Numbered from the stretch's first letter, positions 26,239-39,104 are shown. The stretch is DNA of 64,000 nt from Paragordius varius (GCA_964247055.1 OZ176054.1:1240001-1304000), one strand, 5' to 3'. A program made the numbers and translations. The notes: a model not told the origin generated them from the letters alone.

Positions 26239-29200
26239 ATGTCCAAATCGTTTAAATCCCCTCACCGAGGATTATCGTATTTTATGATTTTTTATTAGTA
26301 AATATTTCTTTATAGAACCCGGAGTGATAGTCTTTATGAGCTAATTGGAGTTGGTAAAACTGCAAATGCGGAGGATATTAAGAAGGCTTATCGCAAAGTT
26401 TATTTTTGTGATAATATTTTTTTTAGTTGGCCCTTAAATTCCATCCAGATAAAAATTTAAACAATCCTGAAACTACGGAAAAAGTAATATATTATATAAA
26501 TTTCGTGTTTTAGTTTCAAAAAATTAATCGTGCATATGCCGTTCTCTCAGATCCTAATAAAAGGATTTTGTATGACCAATATGGAAGTTTGGGATTAATG
26601 ATTGCCGATCAATTGGGCGAGAAAAACATTAAAGCTTACATGTTTTTACAGTCAAAAGTGTGCAAAGTAATACATTTACATTTAGTTTCATATTTATTTT
26701 ATTACATAATATACTATCATGTGATGATTAAGCTATTTTGAAGTATTAAATTATTTGCTCTTCTTAAAATTATACGGTTGTTTATCACTTATTATAATAA
26801 GTTTTTGCAATTACAATGAGTTTTGGATTTATTAATTAGAATTACTTCTTTATTTATTTTAAAATTGTCAATTCGCTTTAAAATAGTTTAATGTAGTTCA
26901 ATAAAATAATTCTCAGCCATTGTCTTTATTTATTTAATGGATTAAATTTTTATTTGAAAAGTCTGATAAATTTTTGGGCATCACAGTTTTTCTTGTAACA
27001 ATAAATTAAAACGGTGTTCGCTATTTAAAATATCTATGTACTTAAATGTTATCAAGATATGATAATTTAAATAATATTCTCTATAATTATTTAATATTCA
27101 TTTTCCAAAGTTTTATAATTTATGTATTAGTTTTTTGCTGTATATTTTATACGTTTCTCATTTTCTAATATCTCTTATTAAAATATATAATTGTAAAATA
27201 AGAATGAGAAAGTGTTTTTTGAATATTCAGAGAAATGCATATATATTTAAAAAGATTAATCTATAGCGCAACAATACTACGGTTTGACTTGATAAATACA
27301 GTTATGTATTGCATAAAACAATCTTAGTTATAAAAGAAAAATCCCTGGTTGTATATCACATACATAATATTTTTTAAAAAATCATTTTTATTTTTTTATC
27401 GATTAACATTGTTTTATGCCATACGCTACTGTCTACTAAGTTTAGAAAATTTTAAATATTAAATAAATCTTAAAAATGTAATATTTTTTGTTAGGCCTTC
27501 CTGACAATCTGTGGATTGTTGACGTGCTGTTATTGTTGTTTTTGCTGCTTTTGTTGTTGCAATTTCTGTTGCGGTCGTTTTGTCCCCAAATACGATGACG
27601 AAGACGAACAAAATGAATACACTAATCTTAGAAAGGTAACATACTTTTGATATAAAAAATGATAAAATAACTATTTACAATTTTGAGTCAATTTAGCCAA
27701 GAACTTTTTGATATTAGAATACAAATATTAAAGGATAGATTTGAAATGTTTGAGAAAAAATTTAACTCATAAATCGTATAATAAAAAACGTTTAAATTTT
27801 TGTTTATATTATGTTAGTTTTTGATCTAAAAATTTATTTTGTAATTTAAATATTATTTTTTTTACTTTGCCAAAGTTAATATGCCATTTTATTTTAAAAA
27901 TGTTTATTGGGCGTTTAAATATACAGAATTTAATTTCAATTTATGTTAAATTTTGGGTTATTTCTATAAAAAAACATTATAATTCTTGGGTTATGACTTG
28001 TGTGATTGCAAATAAATTTTTTGATATTTATCTGTACAAAATATACCATATAATTGCGTATTTTTATTAGCCTGATGACATTAACACCACCACCAATAAT
28101 AATTTTGATGTGCCGAATACAACCGATAAAACTAAAATAATTCCTTCTCCAACTGATAACAATAATCGAAGAAATGAACCAATCGCTTTGGGAGCTTCGT
28201 CCAATGACACAGCTTTTGCGACGGCTAACCCTCTCATAATAACTGACAATTTTAATAATCCTGCTTTTAATGGTACGGGAAATACGTATTTATTACATTA
28301 TCAATATATATACAATTTTCAGTTAAAAGAAACATTGTTTTAACCAAACGCAATATTATTTCAAGCGAAGACAACTGAAAAATGTTGCGTTTGGTTAAAA
28401 AATTGCTTTTAACTGAAAAATATAATACAATTATAGTTTTTATAAGGGTATATGAGGTATTGTTTGAAATTGAGCAATAATTTTATGTGATAGAGATAAT
28501 TTTACACATTTTTAAATATTGTAACCTACTAAATTAAATATATATTACCCTCCATTTTTTCTCCAAGTAAGATAGTTTAAATAACAATACCGTTAAATTA
28601 ATCAGTTAACTTATGTCTCATGGATTTTTCTGATATCCAATTTTGGGATTAGTTTTAAAATTACAATTAAAAGTTTGAGGTTACATTTCTATCTATAGGG
28701 AACTTAGGTGGATAATTGCAAAATTTATATAATTTAGCTCATTTTAAACATGGACAGAAAAACTCGAATTTTTATTTTTAAAAAACGGTTTCGGAATCGC
28801 ATAATTTTTAAAAATATTTAGTTTCATTTTTTCAAAATAAGCGGGTATATATATTATTTAAGATAGGAAAAACCGCGTTTATAAGCACTTCTCTAAAATA
28901 ACTTAGAAAGTCACATATTTGAATAAATTTACTATTTTCCAATTAAAATAAATTCACCACATTAGACGATTTGACATTGATTTTAAGAAAAATGCGACAT
29001 ATTATCCGTTTTTAAACTAACCAGGATTATTTTAAGAATTTTTTCATGTGTGTGTCTTTCATTTTTACCCATTGATACATGTTGATAATTATATTTATTC
29101 ATTACCAACTCTTAGGTTTTAATGACATTGTACATACGTCACCGAACGCCACAAGAAATTTGCTTCAACAAGATTTTCCTCCTGCGTCGGAAACGACAAA

Positions 29201-29243
29201 TTTTGCGACGCATTCAGTCCTACACCCCTCTTACAACACATGA
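26239..29243 (+). CDS. DNAJC5: Cysteine string protein (DnaJ subfamily C member 5)
   Basis: Exons 26239-26276, 26316-26397, 26427-26483, 26514-26666, 27495-27635, 28071-28272 and probable last exon 29116-29243. J-domain [33 protein letters not shown] with HPD motif, then YDQYGSLGLMIADQLGEKN and the cysteine string CGLLTCCYCCFCCFCCCNFCCGRF. The last exon is less certain. Confidence 0.92.
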
Positions 29244-30174
29244 TCACAAAAATACCATCATATTTTCATTTTGCTTTTTGAGTGGCCCAATTTATTTGTA
29301 CAATAAAGACAATTATTTATATTAAGTCATAAATTGAAATTAAATTATGATTTCAAAATGAGTATATGTTTAACATTTATCAAAGATAATATGCTTATTT
29401 TATTTTTATAACCATTTATTATGTATATATATATGTATGTATTTGCCTTTGCAATATGATTTATTTTATAATTGTTACGGTATATGTAAACATTCAAAAC
29501 ACATTCTCTAGTATAATTTATAAATTATTTTATAATCTCAATTTACATATCGATAAATTTATTATATAACCTATATGTTATTATCACATGGAGTTTTATT
29601 GATGTGATTCGAAAAAATAGGCTAAAATATATTAAAAAATTGGTATACATGTTAGAAAAACCCTATTTGAAAAATTCGAGGTTTTCAAAATTGATTCCAA
29701 GTTTAAAGAATTTTTATAATAAAATTTTTATCAATGATATTAAATAATGGTATATTTAGAAGTCTATTGCACAAATAGCTTTAATTTTTTAAGAAAAAAA
29801 AATGGGATTTTACAAAAAAATATTTTCATCTTAAGATTGCAAAATTTTTGTCGGTTCTTTATCATAAATATGAAGAAGAAATTCATTTTTGAAAAATGGA
29901 TAGATCTTTGGATTATTATATTAAAAAATAAGATATGACATTATTTGTTGGATATCTCACCTGATTTTGTAAGTTAAATATCAAGTAAAAATTGAAATTC
30001 ATTATTTTGAATAGTAAATTGTGAATTAGCGATGTACGGTGACATAATCAATTATATATTTTATAACTAATTAAATAACTAATATAGAGACCAAGGTTTG
30101 AAATAGTATGGTTGTCGGTTGAAATTTTTTTTTATATGTTTACACTGCATCCTAAATCGGGGGTAGTATCCTAA

Positions 30175-30218
<44 letters not shown>

Positions 30219-30953
30219 ATATATATCCTAATAGTAAAATGTATCAGATCATTATGGTGCTTTTAATTTTGGCCCTTACGAATGATTTAAAAAGTTATTA
30301 TCATTGTAATAACTGCTCCTTATCAGAAAATGTTTCAATTTATTTTTTCAATAATTTTTTTTGGTTAAAGCCAGAGGCTTCATTCCACAAAATATTATTA
30401 AAATATATTAAAAACTATATATAAAAATTTAATTTAGATGTATCTCCAAAAAATTTACACTTCCACAAAATGAATTAGTTCTCTTATAAAGGCAAAAATG
30501 TCGAGATCGCGCGATAAAAATTTAAAATATATGCAAAATTTTATATTCAACTAAAAATATTTTTTAGAATGCACAATTTTTTCAAAAATTTAATGAAAAA
30601 TTTTCTCATTTCTTCATACTATTTTAAACATGACGGTTTAAAAACGCTTTAAGATATAATAACACTTTTTCTATATAATTCAATGATGCTGAACACTATC
30701 ACTTCAGAATTTTAATTTAAAATGTTTGCTAAATTTTAGTAAACTTTGTGAAAACACATATTTATTTAACATAGATATATAGACGAACGCTTAAAAATTT
30801 TGATGCAGTAGCAATGTGCAGCATCATTAAATCATTTTGAAATGTTTTAATAATATAAACGTTTTTAAATCGTTCATTATGCTTTAAAATATAAAAGTAC
30901 GTTTAACAAAATTTTAATATAAATTAAATTTTTGAAAAAAAGATTTCTTTTAG

Positions 30954-31222
30954 TATTATGTATCGAATATTACGAATCGGTGATGAAAATACAAAACAAT
31001 AATAATTTATTAAGAATTTCGATATATTTATACTTTTTAATTAATGATAATTTTAACATGCATGTGCGTCACAATTGTAAGAATATGTCTTTTATTCTAC
31101 GAATATAAATATAAGAATTCCACGAATAATGACGCACAAACACAAACGTAAGATGCGCTTAATATAATAAAATAATGTAAGAAAATATAATGATGCAACG
31201 TTGTAGTATCCACTACATATCA
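30954..31222 (-). repeat. 3' LTR
   Basis: 269 bp with 10 substitutions versus the 5' LTR by manual count (about 96% identical). Confidence 0.93.
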
Positions 31223-32325
31223 TTTTCTTCCTCCTCTAAAAAACGCTTCGGCGGTTTTCGAACTCGGTCTGGATACCGCCTGGGGGCCTCCCTCTGCTCA
31301 ACATCCGATCTCAGTTGATCGGCATGTTTTCGCATCTCTTTTCCATCTTCATCCTTTACTTCATAGGATAATGGCTCCGTCCTTACTTCCACCGTACCCG
31401 GTCGCCATCCTCTTGATGTCTCGCTCTTAATAAATATTGACTGATCCGGTGTGAATTCTCTTAAGGGTCTTGGTGGTGTACTTTCTTTAGGCGTTTCTTT
31501 ATCTTGCAACCAATTCAACGGTGTGTTGATGTTTCTCTTCAAAAACAACGATGCCGGGGTGGTCTTAATCCCGTTATGCCATGAATTACGGGCCAATAAA
31601 ACATTATTTAAAGCCTCCTGACTCTTCACGCCAGGCATCATCATGGAACGGAATCTCGACTTCAACGTATAAATTACTCTTTCTACCAAACCATTTGTCC
31701 TTGGGTGGTAGGGAGCCGACGTCACATGCTTAATGTTCCAGTTTGTCATCTTATCCCGAAAATTGAACGATTTGAAAAAAGTAGCATTATCAGATACTAG
31801 CATTCTTGGAAAACCATAAGAGGAAAACCATTTCTCCAATTGTTTCAAAATCACATCAGATGTAATACTGCTAAGTATCTCCACCTCCACCCATCTTGAG
31901 AACGCGTCAATTAAAACCAACCAATATTTACCACACATGGGACCCGCGATGTCCACATGGAGTCTTTCCCATATTCCCACATTGAAGTTCCATTTATATA
32001 CCGGATTCTCAGCAACGTTCGCCCTGTTCCTTAGACAACACTGACAGTCGTGTACTAACTTTTCAATGTCCTTATCCATTCCGGGCCAAAACACCACCAA
32101 CCTGACTGTGTTTTTCATAGCAACGATACCCGGATGTCCAACATGAAACCAAGCCAAAATTCGTCTTCGTGCAGCTGTTGGGATAACCAACCGATCACCA
32201 ACATATACGAAACCATCGGCTTGTTTGAGATCATTTCTAACGGGTTTGAATGCGGATAATTCCGGTGTTGACCAATCATTATTTTTAAGTGCCATACGTA
32301 GTCGTTTTAACAGTTTATCCTCCAA
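31213..32325 (-). CDS. Gypsy integrase portion of pol (uninterrupted ORF)
   Basis: HHCC finger FHVGHPG..CQCC, DDE core LHVDIAGP / LVSDNA / NGLVERV and C-terminal WRPGTVE..SYEV..HADQLR. The frame runs through the PPT and stops inside the 3' LTR. Confidence 0.9.
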   Translation of the reverse strand: MEDKLLKRLRMALKNNDWSTPELSAFKPVRNDLKQADGFVYVGDRLVIPTAARRRILAWFHVGHPGIVAMKNTVRLVVFWPGMDKDIEKLVHDCQCCLRNRANVAENPVYKWNFNVGIWERLHVDIAGPMCGKYWLVLIDAFSRWVEVEILSSITSDVILKQLEKWFSSYGFPRMLVSDNATFFKSFNFRDKMTNWNIKHVTSAPYHPRTNGLVERVIYTLKSRFRSMMMPGVKSQEALNNVLLARNSWHNGIKTTPASLFLKRNINTPLNWLQDKETPKESTPPRPLREFTPDQSIFIKSETSRGWRPGTVEVRTEPLSYEVKDEDGKEMRKHADQLRSDVEQREAPRRYPDRVRKPPKRFLEEEENDM

Positions 32326-34970
32326 ACAATCTTTTTTATTTGCGTTTTATTTAAATTTAAATCCACGAATGCGATTTGTCGGATTTTTTCGGCCACATAT
32401 TCATCATCATTGTCTACGGATGTCTGACTCTTTTCGGGAAGTCTTGAAAACACATCGGCCATGTTTGTTCATCCCGCAATATATTTCATATCAAAATCAT
32501 ACGCGGCGGCCTTGTAGATCCATCTTAACAATTTACAGTTTTTAATATCACTTAACTTCCGATTATTTCCGAATAAATGAACAACGGCTTATGATCTGAC
32601 CAGACCTCACATTTCTGTCCATAAATATAATAATGGAATTTTTCTAAACCAAATAACAAAGCCTTGGTTTCCAATTCAATCACAGAATAATTTTTCTCTG
32701 CATTCTGGCATTTTCTTGATGCAAATGCAATTGGTACCATACTCTTATTTTCCATTTGCAGAAGTACAGCTCCAAAGCCTTTTGTAGACGCATCCACTTG
32801 TATTATTGTTTTATTATTTATGTTATAAGTGGCAAGTAAAGATTCTCTTGATATTAAGTTTTTTGCTTGCTTGAATTCATTTTGATGTTCTTGTGACCAT
32901 CTCCATTCCTTTTTGGATCCTGTTAGTGCATGTAGATTACTAACTTTGATATGTAAACCAGGAATAAAACGTTCATAAAAATTGAGCAATCCCAAAAATG
33001 ATCTTAACTCAGTTTTATTGGTGGGTGTTGCACATTTAGCAATGGCGTCGAGCTTATCTTGTACAGGGCGGATTCCCTGTTTTGATAACTCAAACCCCAA
33101 AAATTTTATATTCTTCTGATACAGTTTTAATTTATCTTTTCTTAGTGTAAACCCGCATTTTTGTAACTTTGCTAGGTCTCGCTCAGATTTCTATCGTGTT
33201 CCTCTTTTGTTTTACCCACAATCAAAACATCGTCGAGATAAGCCATTGTGCCCCTGCAATCTTTGAGTACCTCATCCATTATTCTCTGGAAAAGCATGGG
33301 AGAAACCTTCAATCCAAATGGTAGGCGATTAAATTGAAAATATCCCATCGGGGTAGTAATAACTAAATATTTTTTACTTTCCACATCCACCGGAATTTGA
33401 AGGTATGCGTCCTTTAAATCAATGGACGAGAACCATGTGGATCCCGCACATTTAGATGCGATCGTGTCAAATGTCGGGATAATCTGAGATATGTTCTACA
33501 TCAAAGAATTGATAGTTACCCGGAAATCAGCGCACACCCTAATTTCCCCATTAGTTTTTACGACGTCAACCGTAGGAGTCGCCCATTCCACATGGTGTTG
33601 TGTTGGATCTTCGGGACTCACTATTCCCAGGTCTATCAGTCTCTGTATTTCCATCTCTACTTTACTCTGTAGTACCAATGGAATTCGCCGTGCAGCGCAG
33701 ACTTTTGGTATTGCATCTGATCGGACATACAATTTGACAGGATCACCGTTGTAACAACCCAATTTCCCGTTAAAGAGTTTTGGAAATCGCTTGAATACAT
33801 CATCATGACCATTATTATTAATAGATGTTATTTGATTAACTTTCACGTTATCCGGCAGGGTCATGCCACAACCAATGATCCACGGCAGCCCAAATATAGG
33901 AGATAACTCTTCTTCCGTCACAAAACATTCTAATTTCTTCGTAATATTTCCCATTGTTACATTGACAACTGTTTTTCCCAAGAGTTTGATTGGGTTGTTT
34001 CCGTAGGAAGTTAATCTGGGAGCACTTTTTAGTAACGGTGCTCCCACCGTCTTCCAAACATTTTTTTTAATCAAAGAAGCCGCAGCTCCAGTATCAAAAA
34101 CCATACTGACAGCTTGGCCATTAATCATAGCGCAAATGTTCGCTTGTGTGCCCCATTTATTATAATTAGCGTTTATATTATCACTATATCGTTTCTTATG
34201 GCGAGACATTGCCCGAAAATGATTTTTTTTATTACAATTGTGGCATATTTTTCCGAACGCGGGACATTGTTTTGGTATATGCGATTTACCACATTTGCTA
34301 CATCTCCGCTTCCATTTATTATTATTGCCATCATCATTTTTTTATATTCCATATTATTACTCTTATGATTATTATTATTATTATCATTCGACCGATTCTT
34401 TTGAATTTTGAGGATACTGCTTGACGACACATGGGAGGCAATATCGGCCCTTGCAAGTTCCTGAGCCAAGGCCATGTCGACAATGGTGGTTAATGACACC
34501 GCCTTCCCATCACACTTCGCATCGGGGAATCGTGAATAAAGATCCACTTCCAATGATTGCAAGTTTAATCCAGCCACAAAACTGTCTCTAATTCTCTCCT
34601 CCACCTCTGTTTGAAATTCAGCCTTTTCCGCCACACTCTTGACTCTTTGAAAAAATTCCGTGAATGTTTCTCCATCATTTCTCCGCAAACGAGCAAACTC
34701 AAACCTTGCAGCGAAGACAGACTTGGCAGGTGAGAAAAGTTTAAGACCAATGTCATGAATTTTAGACCAAGGAGCATCATCAATTGATTCCGGAAAAATC
34801 ATTGTTTCGATCTTATTAATTGTTTTAAGACCAGCTCCAGCCAAAAACAGTACTTTAATATTATCATCATTAATATCAACATTTTTGGAGATCATAACTC
34901 TTTTGACATATCTGATATAGGTGGCAAAATCATAATTGTCATCGTATCCTTCGATTGAAATTTTATCCAT
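32326..34970 (-). pseudogene. Disrupted gag-PR-RT-RNase H of the Gypsy element
   Basis: Frameshift in an A-run near 34340 before CSKCGKSHIPKQC/CHNCNKKNHFRAMS. In-frame TAG at 33496-33498. Frameshifts near 33174, 32585 and 32335. TGA near 32470. Confidence 0.88.
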
Positions 34971-34987
34971 CGTCTTCGTCGCCAGAA

Positions 34988-35256
34988 TATTACGTATCGA
35001 ATATTACGAATCGGTGATGAAAATACAAAACAATAATAATTTATTAAGGATTTCGTTATATTTATACTTTTTAATTAACGATAATTTTAACATGCATGTG
35101 CGTCACAATTGTAAGAATATGTCTTTTATTCTACGAATATATATTTAAGAATTCCACGAATAATGACGCACAAACATAAACGCAAGATGCGATTAATATA
35201 ATAAAATGATGTAAGAAAATATAATGATGCAACGTTGTAGTATCCACTACATATCA
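34988..35256 (-). repeat. 5' LTR
   Basis: Starts TGATATG at 35256 (minus strand), ends TAATA at 34988, and is followed after 3 nt by the PBS. Confidence 0.93.
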
Positions 35257-36299
35257 TTTAGAATTTTAAGTTGATATAATTTACAGATATTTATAATTTA
35301 TCGCGCCATCCCGGCATTTTTGCGTTTATTTTAACAGTACTAGCCCATTTTAGTAGAGGTAAAATAATTTGGCACTTCGGAGCCAAACAAAATATAAAAA
35401 TATTTTTTTACTTTTTATATGTAGTTTATGATATATTTTGATGATTTTTTTTAAATAAATCCTTTAGCCTTGTCAAAAAAAAATTATTTAAATTTATGTG
35501 CACAAGTTTGCCATTTCGATATGGAGCATTTACCACAAAAGTGTAAATAACTTTTTTAAATCACTCGTAATGTCTAAAATAAAAGCACTATGATAAGCCT
35601 ATATTTTCTTATCAATATATTGTATATAAATATATATATCTATATATTTTTTCTTATAATTTTTTGTGGACACCGTGTTATACGTTTTGTCTATATAATT
35701 TCAATTTTTACTGCACATATATATGAAATATTCTGTTTTAAGTAATTAATTTATTATCATATAATATCATTTTAAAGGAGTGTATATTCCCAATCTTAGA
35801 TACCAAACAACTTGATATATATGTTTTTAAATTAATACGATGTCAATGCAAAACTTTTACAGCATACGAAAAAGGAATTTATAAGAGACGGCTCGCCGCG
35901 ACATGTTTTGGTGTCGTTAAGGTTTATGTTCATTCAGTTTTGTATTTTCGGATTTGAATATAATATGACTGATTTGATTCAAATAGTAAAATACAAATTT
36001 TGAAATAGATATATTAATCGGATGTAACAATACCATATAATATTGTTAATGATAAAAGTCTGAAAATTCCACTAGTAATCTTAAATTAATCCAGCGTTTT
36101 TCGAATGCAGCTTTTAATCCCATTATTTATTATAATCGAAAAACTCCCAAATTTTTTAGACTGCTCAGTTTATTATAAAGTAAACAGTGGATGCACAAAT
36201 TACACGAAATAATGTATTAAAAAAGGAATGTATTGAGAACCTTTTTAAGAGTATTAATTAATTTAATGATTTATCCACTTTTATTTTGCGACGGAATTA

Positions 36300-36518
36300 C
36301 AGTCATGTATCCTTTATTTTATCAAAAGTTTATTTACGTTAAATGGGTATAAATATATGGTAAAGAATGGAAAAAACAAGAGCTCTATTGTATATCATAT
36401 TCATTAAAAAAGTATAAGAATTACCATAAAGCTCTTGTTTTTTCCATTCTTTACCAAATATTTATACCCATTTAACGAAACAAAATAAATTTTTGATAAA
36501 ATAAAGGATACATGACTT
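36300..36518. mobile_element. TA-flanked MITE with ~85-bp near-perfect inverted arms
   Basis: TA|cagtcatgtatcctttattttatcaaaa..gaatggaaaaaacaagagct is mirrored by agctcttgttttttccattc..ttttgataaaataaaggatacatgactt|TA. Confidence 0.85.
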
Positions 36519-39104
36519 TATTTGTTTTCAATCACATGCGCACAACATCAATAATATTAAGAGATGCACTTGAATGTATTAAATATTTCCATTCAAAAAA
36601 TAAGATTTTGTAGTAAGTTCAGCCGTTTTGATCAGAGCCGCGGTTCATTGGGAGATGGGCGTGATTTCAGATTTTTATCTTTCTGTTATTAACAATATTA
36701 TTATTACTATTAAAATTAATAAAAAAATGAAAATAATATTTTTAGAACCGCTATTTTGGTAGCTAAAACGTTAATAGTTTGGTAATCCACAAAAACACTT
36801 ACGGTTTCAATCACTGGTAAAAATCAAATTTTTTCAATGAAATAATTTGAAATTTTTTTTACAAAAAAACGTACGGGTTACAATAATTTTAGATTCAGTT
36901 ATGGCTATGAAATACGGATGATTAAAGCTATATATTTGGTATAACATACATTATTGATCAATATAAAAACTAATTTATTTTGTTTATATTCATTCATTGG
37001 TATAATCGAAGTGACATTGAATTTGCTTCGTCGCAAAATTTTTAAGGGCCCAATTATTAAATGTTTTTTATATATTTGCATTTCGCTGTTTCCCGTGTTA
37101 TTTATGTTAAATACGTAACATATAGGTATCGATCGATCGATTTATTACGTAAAATAAAAAGAATTTAATGTTACCGATTGATCTTCAACTCTTAGCTTTT
37201 ATTTTTTTTTCAAGTTTGAAAACAACAAAAAATATTGTTTTGTATTGATAATGTGTGCCCTTGAATTTTTTAGATATAAAATAATTGGAAATTATATAAT
37301 ACTCTGTTTGGGTGGGTTTAAGGTGCCCATATTTTTTATTAAAAAAATTTTTAAAAATATTTCCAATAATTTTTTTGTATTTTACAAAACATCAACATTA
37401 GTTAGGATCAAACAATAGGCAACGCTTTATGTGCTGAAGATTTGTAATTTGCGTTTTCCTATTGAAAAAAAAATGTTAAAATAAAATAACCATTGCACAT
37501 CTGTTTGATAATTATATAATATATTTTATGAAAAATAGATCAATAAAATAATAATTGAATACAACATTTTAATAAAAATAATAAATATCTCCATTCGAAA
37601 TCCGATAAAACCGATAAAAGCTATTGATTCCAAATTATATTTATATATATTTCTTTACAATCATTTTTAAGCTGACGTTTTTTTAATATCTGAATTTAAG
37701 GATTCGTTACATTCTTGCATATTATTCCAACATTTTAATCAGAATCGAACATTTTCAATATGGTATGTTTTCCATAATAATATAAATATGGCTTGTTAAT
37801 GATATAAATTAAAATTTATTACTTAAAAATGCTTATATTAGCTTTTTATTTTAACTAGTAGCTAATTTCGGTTCTAGATCCTATAAATAACATTTAATTA
37901 TTGATCATTTGTAAGAAATCAACAAACGCCATCATCCTTTTTTGTGTTTATTTTATTGAGCTATTGGGTGTGTTCAGCAATTGCATTTAACAATAAAACA
38001 TGGTATATTTTCATTCGCTATATTATCTATCCATATTTATGGTCATATATAGATACCGTATAAAATCTTATTGGACACTAATAATGATTGTACCATTTTT
38101 TGACTTTTTAAAAGGTGTGAAGTTTGTGGCAACTCGTTCGGTCAAGATAAATGGTGAATAGAAGGGGAAATATCCATGATAATTATTAAAAACTATTTTT
38201 CAAACTTTGTAAGGAGGCCACTTGGGTTTCTTTAGGTATTAAATCCAGCTATTGAATTCATGGTCCATAGATTATATATCACAGTAGTTTTAATTACGTC
38301 ATGCAAACTTATTTCTACCAATTGTAATAGTGGAAATCTTGATATAAAAACCTTTTAATGTCGATGCCCTTAACTCATTGTTTTGTTTGAAATTGAAGTT
38401 ATAGATATTATAAAATAGTATGGCGCCCCTAATCTGAAAGTTTCTCTTTTTTTGCCGTTAGTTTTGCTTAAAACAGTCTTTCCTAATTTCCTCAATTTGT
38501 ATAGTATTTTACCATATTAAAGCAGAAAGATTCGCCTTTAACATAATTTTTGTTAAAATTGATTTATATTTCACGATATATTGTATAGTAACTCAAGTGT
38601 TGTTTTGTTATCAGGAAACTGGATTTTTAAATTGGTATTAATTACTCATAATGTTTTTACACGAACGATATTTTCAAGGAAGATACCCATTTTTATTGGG
38701 GATAATTTTAGTTTTTAAACACCATACTTTAGACTTTTGAATAATAACCAAAAATATATATTCTTATAAGACAATATGTTTAAATAGAGTTGGATCACAT
38801 CTATTTGGTCGGCACTTCAAACAGGAGTCTTGCATTTAAAGTGACAAACAATATCGATGTTTTACTGTATTCGATAATTTTTTTAATTATTGTTTGCTCA
38901 AAAATGCATTAGGTTTATCAGGGCTAAAATATTCTCTTATATAATTTTTATAAACGGGCGTATGCTTCAAAATTAAAAAAAATGAAATTTTACTTTTTAA
39001 ATTACAATATATCTATCGGTAGACGTAATCATTCATCTTTCATTTTAAAATTTAGAAGGAAATCAGTTAGCTATATTTACATGATATTTTTTTATTTATT
39101 TTAG

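Larger units (their letters stand above)
30954..35256 (-). mobile_element. Full-length Ty3/Gypsy LTR retrotransposon (Mag-like), disabled
   Basis: Two 269-bp LTRs (30954-31222 and 34988-35256). 5-bp TSD TTTAG at 30949-30953 and 35257-35261. PBS TGGCGACGA at 34984-34976 and PPT AGAGGAGGAAGAAAA at 31237-31223. Domain order gag (tandem CCHC), PR (FDTGA), RT (YLDD), RNase H (DAS..DHKPL), IN. Confidence 0.95.
30445..35375. mobile_element. Old inverted-repeat (DNA transposon-derived) element split by the Gypsy insertion
   Basis: Left ataaaggcaaaaatgtcgagatcgcgcgataaaaa (about 30486-30520) versus the reverse complement of about 35297-35330, ataaacgcaaaaatgccgggatggcgcgataaatt. Similarity extends outward to about 30445/35375 and inward up to the right TSD. 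Confidence 0.6.

Noticed and set aside
34330-34350. Programmed -1 ribosomal frameshift in gag
   Set aside because: The shift is in a 7-A run upstream of the CCHC knuckles and does not fit an X XXY YYZ heptamer. Mutation or homopolymer error is more likely.
32225-34424. Plus-strand ORFs at 32225-32545, 33491-33754, 34114-34368 and 34209-34424
   Set aside because: They are antisense shadows of the Gypsy pol/gag region.
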